Shown piece after piece: positions 30,011 to 40,053 of a stretch of DNA of 62,889 nt. Below the pieces are notes generated by a model, which made no database searches, was not told the DNA's origin, and saw nothing but the letters and a program-made list of their open reading frames with translations. Numbering within the stretch: position 1 is the first letter of the stretch; every line of letters begins with the position of its first letter. Both the position numbers and the translations under genes were made by a program. The stretch comes from Candidatus Hodarchaeota archaeon (lineage in GTDB: Archaea; Asgardarchaeota; Lokiarchaeia; Sigyniarchaeales; SOKP01): contig JBHLKM010000021.1 in the NCBI GenBank assembly GCA_048886685.1, positions 1-62,889 of the forward strand, in the 5' to 3' direction.

Positions 30011-30302
30011 ATTCCGCTTTCAAAATTGATCTAAGTAGATTTTTTTCTGTTTCTGCTATCTCATTAATAGGGTGGCTTTCTAATTCATATGAATCAAATA
30101 ATTCTCCACATTCTTTAAATCTGCATAAATTGAGAATAATTTTAAGGCCCTCTGCTAGCATTGTTTGATCCTCAAATTTATCTGATATGAGCATTAACTT
30201 AATTATTGAATTTGACATCCATATTTCATTTTTATAACGCTGATTATCTAAACACAGAAACTCTTCAAGAATTCCATGAAAAAATTCTACTTCCGATATC
30301 AA
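30003..30302 (-). CDS. Hypothetical protein (99 aa)
   Basis: GAGGTG RBS followed by TTG at 30302; 8-bp convergent overlap with the PUA gene. Confidence 0.6.
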   Translation of the reverse strand: MISEVEFFHGILEEFLCLDNQRYKNEIWMSNSIIKLMLISDKFEDQTMLAEGLKIILNLCRFKECGELFDSYELESHPINEIAETEKNLLRSILKAEFT

Positions 30303-30760
30303 TTTTAGCCTATACCACCTCAACCCTTACGTGCTGAAAAATACAAATTTCTCCCCTGCAACTGCATTATATATTTACGCATTAATATATTTCAATCCAA
30401 TTGTTACAAGGATTTTCCGTTATGATAATACAAACATCCAAAGATGGTGTTTTATAATGAATGAAATGACAAATTTTCTAACTTAAAATACATCTAAATA
30501 TTAAATATTACATATTTTTTTATCAATTTTGTTAATATTCTTAGACTTTTTTGTACTTTAGTTATCATTTGAATCTGATAACAATAAGAGTAATTTGATG
30601 TACAAATAATTAAAACTCTCATGATATCTACGTATCTATTATTATTTAGTTTGAAATTGTCCAATTGAAATTTTTTCCACCCAACCCCAAGTAAAAAATT
30701 TTTAGTAAATGGTTCTGAGCTTTTTACTTTATGATTTATAAGTCATTTCTGAAACTTAAT

Positions 30761-30920
30761 TTCTTGTGGAATATAAGGTTAGAGTCTTGTAATATCTGTG
30801 TGATACTGTGTTCCATGCATATTACACGGTGTTATAATCGGACTTTATTTTATATTACATGGAGCTATCTATTGATGCTATTATTGAGTATAATATAACG
30901 TATATCTCGATAACTCATCA
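30761..30920 (+). ncRNA. Candidate structured leader or ncRNA (long rod hairpin plus second hairpin)
   Basis: Extended pairing 30761-30864 with many G-U pairs on the + strand; second stem 30873-30920; TATA-like TTTATAAG at 30735. Confidence 0.55.
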
Positions 30921-30954
30921 TATTAACAATAAAAAAGAGGTTGTGTGTGAAAAA

Positions 30955-31254
30955 ATGTCAATGTACAGATCATATCTATTAAAAAATAACTTCTGGGCAA
31001 AAAAAGGAAATGAAAAGCATCCTAATTCAGAGAAAGTTTTTATTAAACATGATTCGGAAGTTGGTGGAATTTATGCTATCATTTTAAACGAAAAAAAAGG
31101 AGTTAAAATGATGGTGGAAGGAAAAGAATACTTTTTCAATAACTTTGATAAATTAGATTCTTTTTTAACTCTTCTTCAGCAGAGAAAAGATGATTTTATG
31201 AAAATTCTTAGAAGAAAAAACATATCCCAGAAGTTACGAATGTTGGAAATTTAA
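30955..31254 (+). CDS. Hypothetical basic protein (99 aa)
   Basis: GAGG RBS-like sequence at 30937, ATG at 30955 in frame with track ORF 30859. Confidence 0.6.
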   Translation: MSMYRSYLLKNNFWAKKGNEKHPNSEKVFIKHDSEVGGIYAIILNEKKGVKMMVEGKEYFFNNFDKLDSFLTLLQQRKDDFMKILRRKNISQKLRMLEI

Positions 31255-31338
31255 AGTTTTTTTATTATAATTTTTTCTTTAAATTAGGAGTTATTTATGG
31301 AAAAATATATTTAGAGATATGTTGAAAATTCAATCTAT

Positions 31339-32676
31339 CTACTTTATAACAGCCTGTCTTTTATATTCCTCAATCTCATCATTACTGTAGCCAAATTGTT
31401 CCAAGATAGAAACAGAATCTTCCCCTAAAGATGGAGCACCTTTTCCGGGTTTTACCGGATTTTTCGTGAATTTGATTGGGTGACCTATCATTTGATAAGG
31501 ACCTAGTTTACTATTTTCAAGATCCCAGATCATGTTTAATGCTTTGACCTGGGGATCATAGAAAAGATTTGCAGTGTAATTTACTGGTCCACAGGGCACT
31601 CCAACTTTTTCCAGCGCTTCGATCCATTCCTCGGTTGTTCTTTCTCGAAAACGTTTTTCAAACTGATCTTTCATTGCCAATTGATTATTATATATAACAT
31701 CATCGTTAATCTGGCTGAATGGAACCCCAGCTCCCTTTTCGTATATGCCTATAACTTCACACATATCCTCTCTCTGCCGAGTGGTGAGTGCGGCAATACT
31801 CATAAAACCGTTTGCAGTTTCATAAATCCGATAATATGGGAGCGAATATCTATCTGCGGGTCTGTGATTACAATCAGGAACTTCAAGTATCCGGGTTGAT
31901 TTAGGCATTTCATACCGGAGTGTCAAATAGGCTAATTCGTCAATAATCTCAGTATGAGACTTTCCATGCCGAAAAGCATTACTTAAAAGTTCCAATTCCT
32001 CTTTATGTTTTTCTTTATCCAGACTTTCGATCTTTGCGAAACCTGCAGCTCTCAGAGCCATTCCAGTACAAAAGAGTGATGTTTCTATTTTTTGACCTTC
32101 TCCAGTCTTCATTCTGACAAATAGAGCTGATACTGCACTTAAAGCATTGAGCATACCTGTACCGATATCTATAAATGGGCTTCCTCCAGGTCCACGCGGT
32201 CTACCGTCTTCATCAGAATAGCTAGCCATCATACCAGAAGCGGCATGTGCGATAATATCAAAACCTTTACGTGTCTTGTAAGGTCCAATTTCACCAAATG
32301 CGGTGCTTGAGATGAAAATTAATCCCTTATTGATTGCTGATAGGGTGTCATAATCGATGCCAAGCCTTTTAGCGACTCCAGGGGTGTAATTTTGAATTAC
32401 AATATCGGCCTTTTCAACCATACGGTAGATGATCTTCTTTGCTTCTTCCTTTCTAACATCGAGACAAAGACTTTTCTTGCCTCTGTTTACTGTCAGGGCC
32501 ATTCTTGTATTGCCTTTATATCGTTGCCATCTACCCCATCGTCTTTCTTCAGATCCGTCAGGAGGTTCGATTTTTATAACTTCTGCGCCTAGATCTGCTA
32601 ACAGAAACCCGCAATAGGGACCGGCTATATATTCTGAAAAATCTAATACTAAAATTCCATCTAAAATCCCAGACAT
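31339..32676 (-). CDS. Family III CoA-transferase (CaiB/BaiF)
   Basis: LDFS..IAGPY, LADLGAEVIKIEPP, NRGKKS, FGE.GPY, D.GTG. Confidence 0.92.
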   Translation of the reverse strand: MSGILDGILVLDFSEYIAGPYCGFLLADLGAEVIKIEPPDGSEERRWGRWQRYKGNTRMALTVNRGKKSLCLDVRKEEAKKIIYRMVEKADIVIQNYTPGVAKRLGIDYDTLSAINKGLIFISSTAFGEIGPYKTRKGFDIIAHAASGMMASYSDEDGRPRGPGGSPFIDIGTGMLNALSAVSALFVRMKTGEGQKIETSLFCTGMALRAAGFAKIESLDKEKHKEELELLSNAFRHGKSHTEIIDELAYLTLRYEMPKSTRILEVPDCNHRPADRYSLPYYRIYETANGFMSIAALTTRQREDMCEVIGIYEKGAGVPFSQINDDVIYNNQLAMKDQFEKRFRERTTEEWIEALEKVGVPCGPVNYTANLFYDPQVKALNMIWDLENSKLGPYQMIGHPIKFTKNPVKPGKGAPSLGEDSVSILEQFGYSNDEIEEYKRQAVIK

Positions 32677-32809
32677 CTTTATTATTTTCCTTTAAATATT
32701 ATATATTAATTTATAGATTTTATTAAATTAAATTTTATATATTAACTTTTATGAATAAAAACTCAGATTATATTAGTTTATCAGATCGGATTAAATTTAT
32801 ATACATCTA

Positions 32810-34420
32810 TTATCTATAGATAGGCTGCAATCCTGTTTGAAAATGTCGTAATCGCAATGTAGCTCCACGTGATATTTTTACTTTCGGGATCTTATCTCTA
32901 TTATTATATAGCTCAGTTATCGCTGCAACAGCATAATCAATATGGGAGGGACCATAGGCATTTCTCGGTACAGCAAATCGTACCAAGTTTAAAACTCCTT
33001 TTCTTTGTTCAGGAGATTTTTTATCCCACTCAAAAGCGAAGGGTCCCAATTCAGCAGCTCTAATACCGTAATGTCTGATTAATTCGATAGTAAACCCTAC
33101 GCCCCTAAAATCATTTAGTTTTATGTCTGAGCTTTCAAAAAATTGATCCATATTAATATAAATTGCATGCCCTCCAGCGGGGAGTATAACAGGAACGTTT
33201 TTTTGAGCAAGTTTTCGGGCAAAAGCTCTCACTTGAACTTTTCGCTCGTTTAAATAAGGTTCTTGTATAACCTCATATAAACCTGCAGCAAGCGCCATAA
33301 TATCTCTACCACTCATCCCTCCATAGCTGTCATTTCCAAAAGTTAAAATTTGTTTTTCTTTCAATTTAATACCGATATCTTCTTTAATTGAGAATTTTTT
33401 ATGGAAAACGCCTTTATCTCTAAAAAAGAAACCACCTCCAATGTTAGCCAGACCATCTTTTTTAAAACTTATAGTGAATCCGTCGACGTATGAAAACATT
33501 TCTTTTACGATAGTCAGTATAGACTGATCTTTATATCCTTTTTCAAATTCTTTTATGAAATTAGCATTTTCAGCAAATCTGCATGCGTCAAAAAAGAGCG
33601 GGATGTTATATTTTTCGGCTATTTTGTGAACCTTTATTATATTACTCATCGCAACAGGCTGTCCTGCGGCAGTATTGTTAGTAATAGTTATATAAATTAA
33701 TGGAACAGAATCTACCCCTTTTTCTTGAATTAATCGCTCTAAGCCTTCAATATCCATGTTACCTTTAAAGGGGTTTCTATTATCCATCTGATCATAAGGA
33801 AACTCCTCAAATAAATTAGCTGAAAAGAGATTTATCGGAGTTATCCCATTAGCCATGATATTAGCTTCTGTTGTATCGAAATGTCCATTGCTAGGAATAC
33901 AATATTCTCGATTGGGATCATTATCTCTCAGAATAGGAGCAATAGTAGAAAAAAGTAAATGCTCAGCACATCGACCCTGTGGAACTATGAATGCATTTGG
34001 GCGTATAAGCTGATGAACCCCTCCATTAACGAACCCTCCTTCAAATGTAGTGAGATAAAGCTCATCCATTAATTTATTCACATTCGTTTCTCCAGAAAGT
34101 ATCAGATTTATTGCCTTTTTTGGATTGTCCCCACGTTCGAAAGTATCTCTAATAGCATCTAACAGAACATAATATCCTTTATTTCGACCATATGATTCGT
34201 CTCCATGAAAAAGGGCAGCCCACTGTAGATCAGTCATAGTTCCAGACCCAGAATCTGATAAAAAATCAACAAAAAGCAAATCTGCTGGAAAAGAAAACAT
34301 ATTATATTCTGTCTTTTTCAATGCATATTCGCGTTGTTCTTTTGTAACCTCCTTAATAGTTCTAACAACCAATGGTTTATTTGCAGGAATTGGCACACCT
34401 AATTTATTTTGCAATTTCAA
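32810..34420 (-). CDS. tnaA: Tryptophanase (beta-eliminating PLP lyase)
   Basis: D.LSDSG, GDESY, QGR.AE, SFKKD (PLP Lys). Residues FDTT, GIRAAEL and LRHF match tryptophanase rather than tyrosine phenol-lyase. Confidence 0.8.
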   Translation of the reverse strand: MKLQNKLGVPIPANKPLVVRTIKEVTKEQREYALKKTEYNMFSFPADLLFVDFLSDSGSGTMTDLQWAALFHGDESYGRNKGYYVLLDAIRDTFERGDNPKKAINLILSGETNVNKLMDELYLTTFEGGFVNGGVHQLIRPNAFIVPQGRCAEHLLFSTIAPILRDNDPNREYCIPSNGHFDTTEANIMANGITPINLFSANLFEEFPYDQMDNRNPFKGNMDIEGLERLIQEKGVDSVPLIYITITNNTAAGQPVAMSNIIKVHKIAEKYNIPLFFDACRFAENANFIKEFEKGYKDQSILTIVKEMFSYVDGFTISFKKDGLANIGGGFFFRDKGVFHKKFSIKEDIGIKLKEKQILTFGNDSYGGMSGRDIMALAAGLYEVIQEPYLNERKVQVRAFARKLAQKNVPVILPAGGHAIYINMDQFFESSDIKLNDFRGVGFTIELIRHYGIRAAELGPFAFEWDKKSPEQRKGVLNLVRFAVPRNAYGPSHIDYAVAAITELYNNRDKIPKVKISRGATLRLRHFQTGLQPIYR

Positions 34421-34539
34421 TTAGTTTACACCAAAAATGAGTTTTTCTAAATAACTAGTGTTTAAAATTAGTTATACAATGTTTAATAATTTATAGCAAT
34501 CTCATACCGGATAAATTTTTACTCCTGCAATCCAAAACC

Positions 34540-35409
34540 TTACTTTTTCATCGGTATGCCATTCGAACATGACACATTAACTTGACAGAGTCCGCACGCA
34601 TAGATCCGTATTTTATAATGTTTCTTTATATAGGGAATTGTATCCACTAATCTTTCTGAGCATTTCTGTTTATCATGACGATTCTTGAAAGTAATTGCCC
34701 CAACAGGACATCTCTTTATGCAATCACCACATTCAGTACAGTATTCATATGGATTAGATGGGCGCTTATTTGCATCTGAAGGCAATTTGTAGTCTATAAT
34801 GATGCTACCACACCGCATTGCTTTTCCTTTCTGGTTAATAAATCCATCCGATAAACCAAACGAACCTAAGCCAGCAGCGAAACACATATGTCGGTGGGAC
34901 CAAGTTGATGCCCATACTCCTTGATATGCCCCTGGATGCTTTCTATGGACTTTAAACAACTCAGTTTCTGTCATTGGTGCTATTCCTTCTACACCAAACT
35001 CAATTTTTATTTCATTCAATAATAATTTTTGTAGTTTTTGATTTGTCTTTACTCCATAGAGTCTAGTATGAGCCCAGCGTTCAGAAGGCCATTCTTCGGA
35101 ATACTCAAAATTTTGTTTTTTAGTTATCTCATTTATAGGTAATATAAAAGCGACGACTGAAAGATTTTCTACAGTATCAAATTTAATTTTATTTAGGCTA
35201 CAATATTTAGTATAGGCATCTATTGGGGTCATATGGAAGGGCCCAACTACTCTTTTGTATTGTTTAAAAATAGAATCATTCCCAGAACAAAAACCTACCA
35301 ATGCTTCGGGTTTGAACATGTAAATTCCATCAACACCTAACATCTTATTGCTTTCGTCTTCTCTTAAAAATGAATTTATTTTGTTGTGAAACCATTCCTT
35401 ATTTAACAT
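34540..35409 (-). CDS. Epoxyqueuosine reductase/reductive dehalogenase-like Fe-S protein
   Basis: WSHRHMCFAAGLGSFGL, CTECGDCIKRCP, CGLCQVNVSC. Confidence 0.8.
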   Translation of the reverse strand: MLNKEWFHNKINSFLREDESNKMLGVDGIYMFKPEALVGFCSGNDSIFKQYKRVVGPFHMTPIDAYTKYCSLNKIKFDTVENLSVVAFILPINEITKKQNFEYSEEWPSERWAHTRLYGVKTNQKLQKLLLNEIKIEFGVEGIAPMTETELFKVHRKHPGAYQGVWASTWSHRHMCFAAGLGSFGLSDGFINQKGKAMRCGSIIIDYKLPSDANKRPSNPYEYCTECGDCIKRCPVGAITFKNRHDKQKCSERLVDTIPYIKKHYKIRIYACGLCQVNVSCSNGIPMKK

Positions 35410-35671
35410 GCTCTTTTCTTCTTAATTCTGTTTTCTTTATAAAGTATTCAATTTGAAAACGTAGAAACACTCTGAGTATTATAACATTAAATTAAGGCTT
35501 TATTTATAAAAGATTTTAATTCGCGAAAAAAATGAAAGTATAGAAAGAAACAATGAGAAGAGATAAGGAAAAGAATAAAATAATTTATAGCAAATTCTCT
35601 CTTAATACAAGGTTAGAATATTCTATTTGGATATCAAAAAAACTATTATTAGTAAATAATTTAGAATATAT

Positions 35672-36790
35672 ATGGCAAAAGAAGAAGTCGGAGACCCATA
35701 TGAAAAAATATTACAAAACATGCGTGAATATCCCAGTGATATTCCAATAAAGAATGGTAAAATATCTAAAGCATTCAGAGAATTTATTTCATTATTATTC
35801 ACTCCTGAAGAAGCTGAAATTGCACAATATTTAACAGTAAGACCTCAATCAGTTGGAGTAATTTCAAAAAAAATGGGTAAGGGTCGGGAAGACATTAAGA
35901 AAATCCTAGAAAAGATGACTAAAGATGGAATAATTCAAGATATAGGAGGATTTTCTTACTTTATAGCCATGCCCCATCTATTAAATATGGGATTCAAATA
36001 TTCAAAAGCATTTGAAAGAATGGGGAAAAAAGGTGCTGAGTTATATCAGCAATTTTTTATCGAAGAAAAATTTTATAAAAGGTATGAATCTTCGGATGAA
36101 GGTACCCCTCTTACTAGAGTTGTTCCTATAAATAAATCAATAGATCACCAATCTCTTATCTCAAATGTTGAAGAAATACATGGGATCATTGAAAACTGTA
36201 GGGGACCAATTGTAATAACAGATTGCCCTTGTAGGAATCGAACGGAAATTTTAGAAATTAGGGAATGTAAAGACAGATATCCTGTTAATGAATCATGTTT
36301 TCAAGTTGGTCTGTTTGGAAAATATTTTTTAAGAAGAGGAGAGGGAAGAGAATTATCTCGTGAGGAAGCCCATAAGACAATTGACAAATTGGCGAAATTA
36401 GGTTTAGTTTTTACGACCGAAAACATAGAAAGTACAATGCACCAAGTAATTTGTTGTTGTTGTGATTGCTGTTGTGCGATATTGAGAGGTATGACTCGTT
36501 TTGAAGATAAGAATGAAAATTGCACTGCTAAATCTAATTATATCTCAAAAGTAAATCAAGATTTATGTGAAGGATGTGGCTTATGCTCAAAAAGATGTCC
36601 GTTTCAAGCAATTACGATTGAAAATAAGAAATCCTCTGTCAAAAGAGATAAATGTTATGGATGTGGAGTCTGTGCAGTAACTTGTCCAACTAAGGCAATA
36701 AAACTCCATCGTATTGAACGTAGTCACATTTATAAAGATCCTATAGAATTAATGCAAAAGATATATCAAGAAAACCGAAAAAGTAAATAA
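35672..36790 (+). CDS. 4Fe-4S dicluster protein with N-terminal wHTH-like region
   Basis: FTPEEAEI, CPCR..C..C, ICCCCDCCC, CEGCGLCSKRCP, CYGCGVCAVTCP. Confidence 0.85.
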   Translation: MAKEEVGDPYEKILQNMREYPSDIPIKNGKISKAFREFISLLFTPEEAEIAQYLTVRPQSVGVISKKMGKGREDIKKILEKMTKDGIIQDIGGFSYFIAMPHLLNMGFKYSKAFERMGKKGAELYQQFFIEEKFYKRYESSDEGTPLTRVVPINKSIDHQSLISNVEEIHGIIENCRGPIVITDCPCRNRTEILEIRECKDRYPVNESCFQVGLFGKYFLRRGEGRELSREEAHKTIDKLAKLGLVFTTENIESTMHQVICCCCDCCCAILRGMTRFEDKNENCTAKSNYISKVNQDLCEGCGLCSKRCPFQAITIENKKSSVKRDKCYGCGVCAVTCPTKAIKLHRIERSHIYKDPIELMQKIYQENRKSK

Positions 36791-36813
36791 AGATAGAGAT
36801 TTTGTTTTCCTAT

Positions 36814-38328
36814 TTAATTATAAGCGCTTCTTTTAGGTAGGCGAGGTCGTAGGCTTACAATTTCTCTCAAAAGTTTCTCTGTTAGTTGATTTCTTAACTC
36901 TTTATCAGAATCCCATAAATTAATAACCTCGTTTGGATCATTTTTATAATCAAATAAATCTCCAATCTCATCATATCCATCATAGATAGTTAAGCGATAT
37001 TCTTCAGTGACAAGGGTTCGAAGGCGGAAGACTTTATCTTGAGCAATTTCTTCATCATGCTCAATTAGAACTTGGTTTCTTACTTTATTAGTTGGTTCTT
37101 TCAATATTGGTGTAATATCATATCCTTGCATTCCTTCTGGGTGTAGTCTATCAATTACACCTAATAGGTTCAAAATTGTTTTTGGTAAATCCACAGTACA
37201 TACTAAAGAATCTGTTGCAGTAGTATTAGTTAATCCTGGAATCTTCCAGATTAATGGCATATTTATGACACTTCGAAAGTGTGCAGGTCCTTTCAATATA
37301 AGCCCATGATCTCCACAATAATCTCCATGATCACTGGTAAAAATTACCATTGTATTCTCGGAGAGACCTGTTTCCTCTAAAGTTGTAAGAATTCTTCCCA
37401 CGCAGTCATCAATCATGGAAATTGAGCCATAAGTAAGGGCTGTAAAAATTTTAGCAGTTTCTTCATTTACTTTTTGAGGAAGAAGATGAACAAAACGCTT
37501 ATCTTTTAGTTGTTCACCAAGAAAAGGGTGATTAAGTAACTTTTCACCATCAGTAAAGTTTAGTGGAAGTTTAATATCTTCTGGGTTGTACATTTCTTTA
37601 TATTTTCCTGGAGGACTAACAGGATGATGTGGATCGGGGAAAGAACAATGAAGGAAGAAGTTGTTTTTTTCGTATTTTCCCTCAGAGAATCGTTCAAGAA
37701 ATTTTATAGATTTATTCGCTATATAGGTTGTAGGATAGAGGTTTTCGGGAATTATTGTATCATAATATAATTTGAAGATATTAGTAATATTTTTTCTTAG
37801 ATATTCAGCTTTGTTATTATCCTTATCTTTTAACCATTCATAATAATGACCAGAAATAACGTCAGCATGTCCATTTGTCAGATAAATTTCATCAAAACCA
37901 TAATAAGGAGTGGGAATTGCGGAAGGTGGCAATTTTCCACTCATTCCTTTAGGTATTTCTTCATAAGATGAAATTTTCCTGTCGTTTGGGTTGGCATAAA
38001 AATTGAAATGTAATTTTCCAACGTTACAAGTATAATATCCAGATTCTCTTAACACTCCCGATAGTAATGGTAAATTAGGGTTTAAGTTTATACCGTTAGA
38101 ACGTGTACCATGAACGCTTGGATATACTCCAGTGAAAAAACTGGCTCTATTAGGCATACAAATAGGTGTTGAACAGTAATAATTTGTAAATTTTACACCC
38201 TCATTTGCGATACTATCAATATTTGGTGTTTTTAAGAGAGGATTTCCCATACAACTTAAGTGATCAGCACGTTGTTGGTCAGTTATGATGAATAAAACAT
38301 TCATCTTTTCACTCAAATTTTCCACCAT
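36814..38328 (-). CDS. Cys-type sulfatase (choline sulfatase-like)
   Basis: NVLFIITDQQR, CMPNRAS (CxPxR), GKLH, DPHHP, TSDHGD. Confidence 0.92.
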   Translation of the reverse strand: MVENLSEKMNVLFIITDQQRADHLSCMGNPLLKTPNIDSIANEGVKFTNYYCSTPICMPNRASFFTGVYPSVHGTRSNGINLNPNLPLLSGVLRESGYYTCNVGKLHFNFYANPNDRKISSYEEIPKGMSGKLPPSAIPTPYYGFDEIYLTNGHADVISGHYYEWLKDKDNNKAEYLRKNITNIFKLYYDTIIPENLYPTTYIANKSIKFLERFSEGKYEKNNFFLHCSFPDPHHPVSPPGKYKEMYNPEDIKLPLNFTDGEKLLNHPFLGEQLKDKRFVHLLPQKVNEETAKIFTALTYGSISMIDDCVGRILTTLEETGLSENTMVIFTSDHGDYCGDHGLILKGPAHFRSVINMPLIWKIPGLTNTTATDSLVCTVDLPKTILNLLGVIDRLHPEGMQGYDITPILKEPTNKVRNQVLIEHDEEIAQDKVFRLRTLVTEEYRLTIYDGYDEIGDLFDYKNDPNEVINLWDSDKELRNQLTEKLLREIVSLRPRLPKRSAYN

Positions 38329-38329
38329 C

Positions 38330-39190
38330 TTATTTTTTCAAGGGTATACCATCTGAACAAGACACCCCAACTTGACAGAGTCCACAGGAATAGATCGGAA
38401 TTTTGTAATGTTTTTGGATATAAGAAACTGTACCTGTAACTTTTACCGAACATTTCTGCTTATCATGCCCGTTCTCTAAAGTTATAGCTCCAACGGGACA
38501 TCTGTCAATACATTGGCCACATTTAATACAATATTCATAGGGATCGGATGGTCTAGCATTCCCCTCTGAGGGTAACTTATAGTTAATAATAATGCTCCCA
38601 CAACGCATTGCTTTTCCTCTTGCATTTATAAATCCATCGGATAGACCAAAAGACCCTAATCCCGCAGCGAAACACATATGTCGATGAGACCAAGTTGATG
38701 CCCATACTCCTTGATATGCATCTGGATGTTCTCTATGAATCTTGAATAACTCTTTTTCGGTCATTGGTGCTACCCCATCTATTCCAAATTCTTTTTTGAT
38801 TTCGATCAGTAAATATTTCTGTAGTTTTTGATTTGATTGTTCTCCATAAAGCCTTGTATGGCTCCATCTTTCTCCTGGCCATTCAGGGCTATTATCATAA
38901 TTTTCCTTTTTAGTGATGTTATTTGTGGGGAGTATATAAGCTACTACTGAAAGATTCTCAGGCGAATCTATTTCTACTGAGAAATGTTTAGAGTAGGCTT
39001 CTGCGGGTGTTAAATGGAAAGGACCAACCACTTTTTTATAATATTCAAAAATGGGATCATCCCCTGAACAAATTCCAACAATGACATCGGGTTCCCAAAA
39101 AAGTATTCCATCAACCCCAGTCATTTTATTGCTTTTGTCTTCTCTTAAAAAAGAATTTATCTTATTAACAAGCCATTCTTTATTTAGCAT
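38330..39190 (-). CDS. Epoxyqueuosine reductase/reductive dehalogenase-like Fe-S protein (close paralog of 34540..35409)
   Basis: Shared stretch AYQGVWASTWSHRHMCFAAGLGSFGLSDGFIN; CIKCGQCIDRCP. Confidence 0.8.
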   Translation of the reverse strand: MLNKEWLVNKINSFLREDKSNKMTGVDGILFWEPDVIVGICSGDDPIFEYYKKVVGPFHLTPAEAYSKHFSVEIDSPENLSVVAYILPTNNITKKENYDNSPEWPGERWSHTRLYGEQSNQKLQKYLLIEIKKEFGIDGVAPMTEKELFKIHREHPDAYQGVWASTWSHRHMCFAAGLGSFGLSDGFINARGKAMRCGSIIINYKLPSEGNARPSDPYEYCIKCGQCIDRCPVGAITLENGHDKQKCSVKVTGTVSYIQKHYKIPIYSCGLCQVGVSCSDGIPLKK

Positions 39191-39246
39191 ATTATCTCAT
39201 TTTTCTTTTTGTTTTTTTAGTATTTGCTCCAGTTAAAACTTATTTT

Positions 39247-39954
39247 TTATGTAATATAATCGGATAAAGATGATTTGATATAGAGAAAGATGTCAACAAT
39301 TGATTTTGCATTTACAAAGAAAATGCATAAAATCGTTTCTGTCGTTAATCCTAAAATTAAAACAATCAAAGCTCTAATCTGAATTTTCCTAACTTCTTTT
39401 CTTCTATAGAGCAATTCGCCATAAATCATGTTTAAAGTGCCAAAAACGAGAATATATACAATCATTAGGGGATTTACATCATTAATCAAACCAACCCATG
39501 CTAACACATTGAAGAGTAATCCAACACCTAATCCTTTTATCACGGCAATAGAGAAAAAGCTGAGTTTTTCAGTGCCATCCATTTTATCAAGTTCCGTTTT
39601 TTTAATAAAAAAGGTTAGAAAACAGATTAGACTGATGATAACAATAAGAATCAGAAAAATATATACAATAATTCTGTTTTCTGGAGTTCTTGTGATTATA
39701 TTAGTCGAGATTGTTACAGAATTTAATAAAGTAATGGTTGTATTCCATATAACAATCCTTCTAGTTGCATCAAGCTGGTTTTTCCTTATTCTAATAACCA
39801 TAATTAAACTTGATAAAAGGAACAAAATTGCAAATATTAGTGTTGTAGCAGCAATTTCTATTAATCCTCTGGATAAAATAGTAACAACCAAATGAAGGAT
39901 TCCAGATAAAAACACCAAATATGCAGATATTAATACAAACTTATTACTGACCAT
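39247..39954 (-). CDS. Multi-TM membrane protein, possible 3' frameshift
   Basis: About 8 hydrophobic segments in two similar halves. Confidence 0.65.
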   Translation of the reverse strand: MVSNKFVLISAYLVFLSGILHLVVTILSRGLIEIAATTLIFAILFLLSSLIMVIRIRKNQLDATRRIVIWNTTITLLNSVTISTNIITRTPENRIIVYIFLILIVIISLICFLTFFIKKTELDKMDGTEKLSFFSIAVIKGLGVGLLFNVLAWVGLINDVNPLMIVYILVFGTLNMIYGELLYRRKEVRKIQIRALIVLILGLTTETILCIFFVNAKSIVDIFLYIKSSLSDYIT

Positions 39955-40053
39955 AATTTATACCTTTAAATCAGTTGTTTAACAAATTCAGGCCATGACT
40001 TCATTTTTTCACTAATTTTATAACACCATTTTGAAATTTAAATGGTTTATATG

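Noticed and set aside
30859-30954. N-terminal 32 codons of track ORF 30859..31254
   Set aside because: They overlap the hairpins, and a better RBS-like site precedes ATG 30955.
32810-34420. Tyrosine phenol-lyase call
   Set aside because: It lacks the TPL-type Thr, Arg and Phe specificity residues (has FDTT, ELG, LRHF).
35553-35750. 65-aa ORF overlapping the Fe-S gene start
   Set aside because: It crosses the promoter region and overlaps the real gene out of frame.
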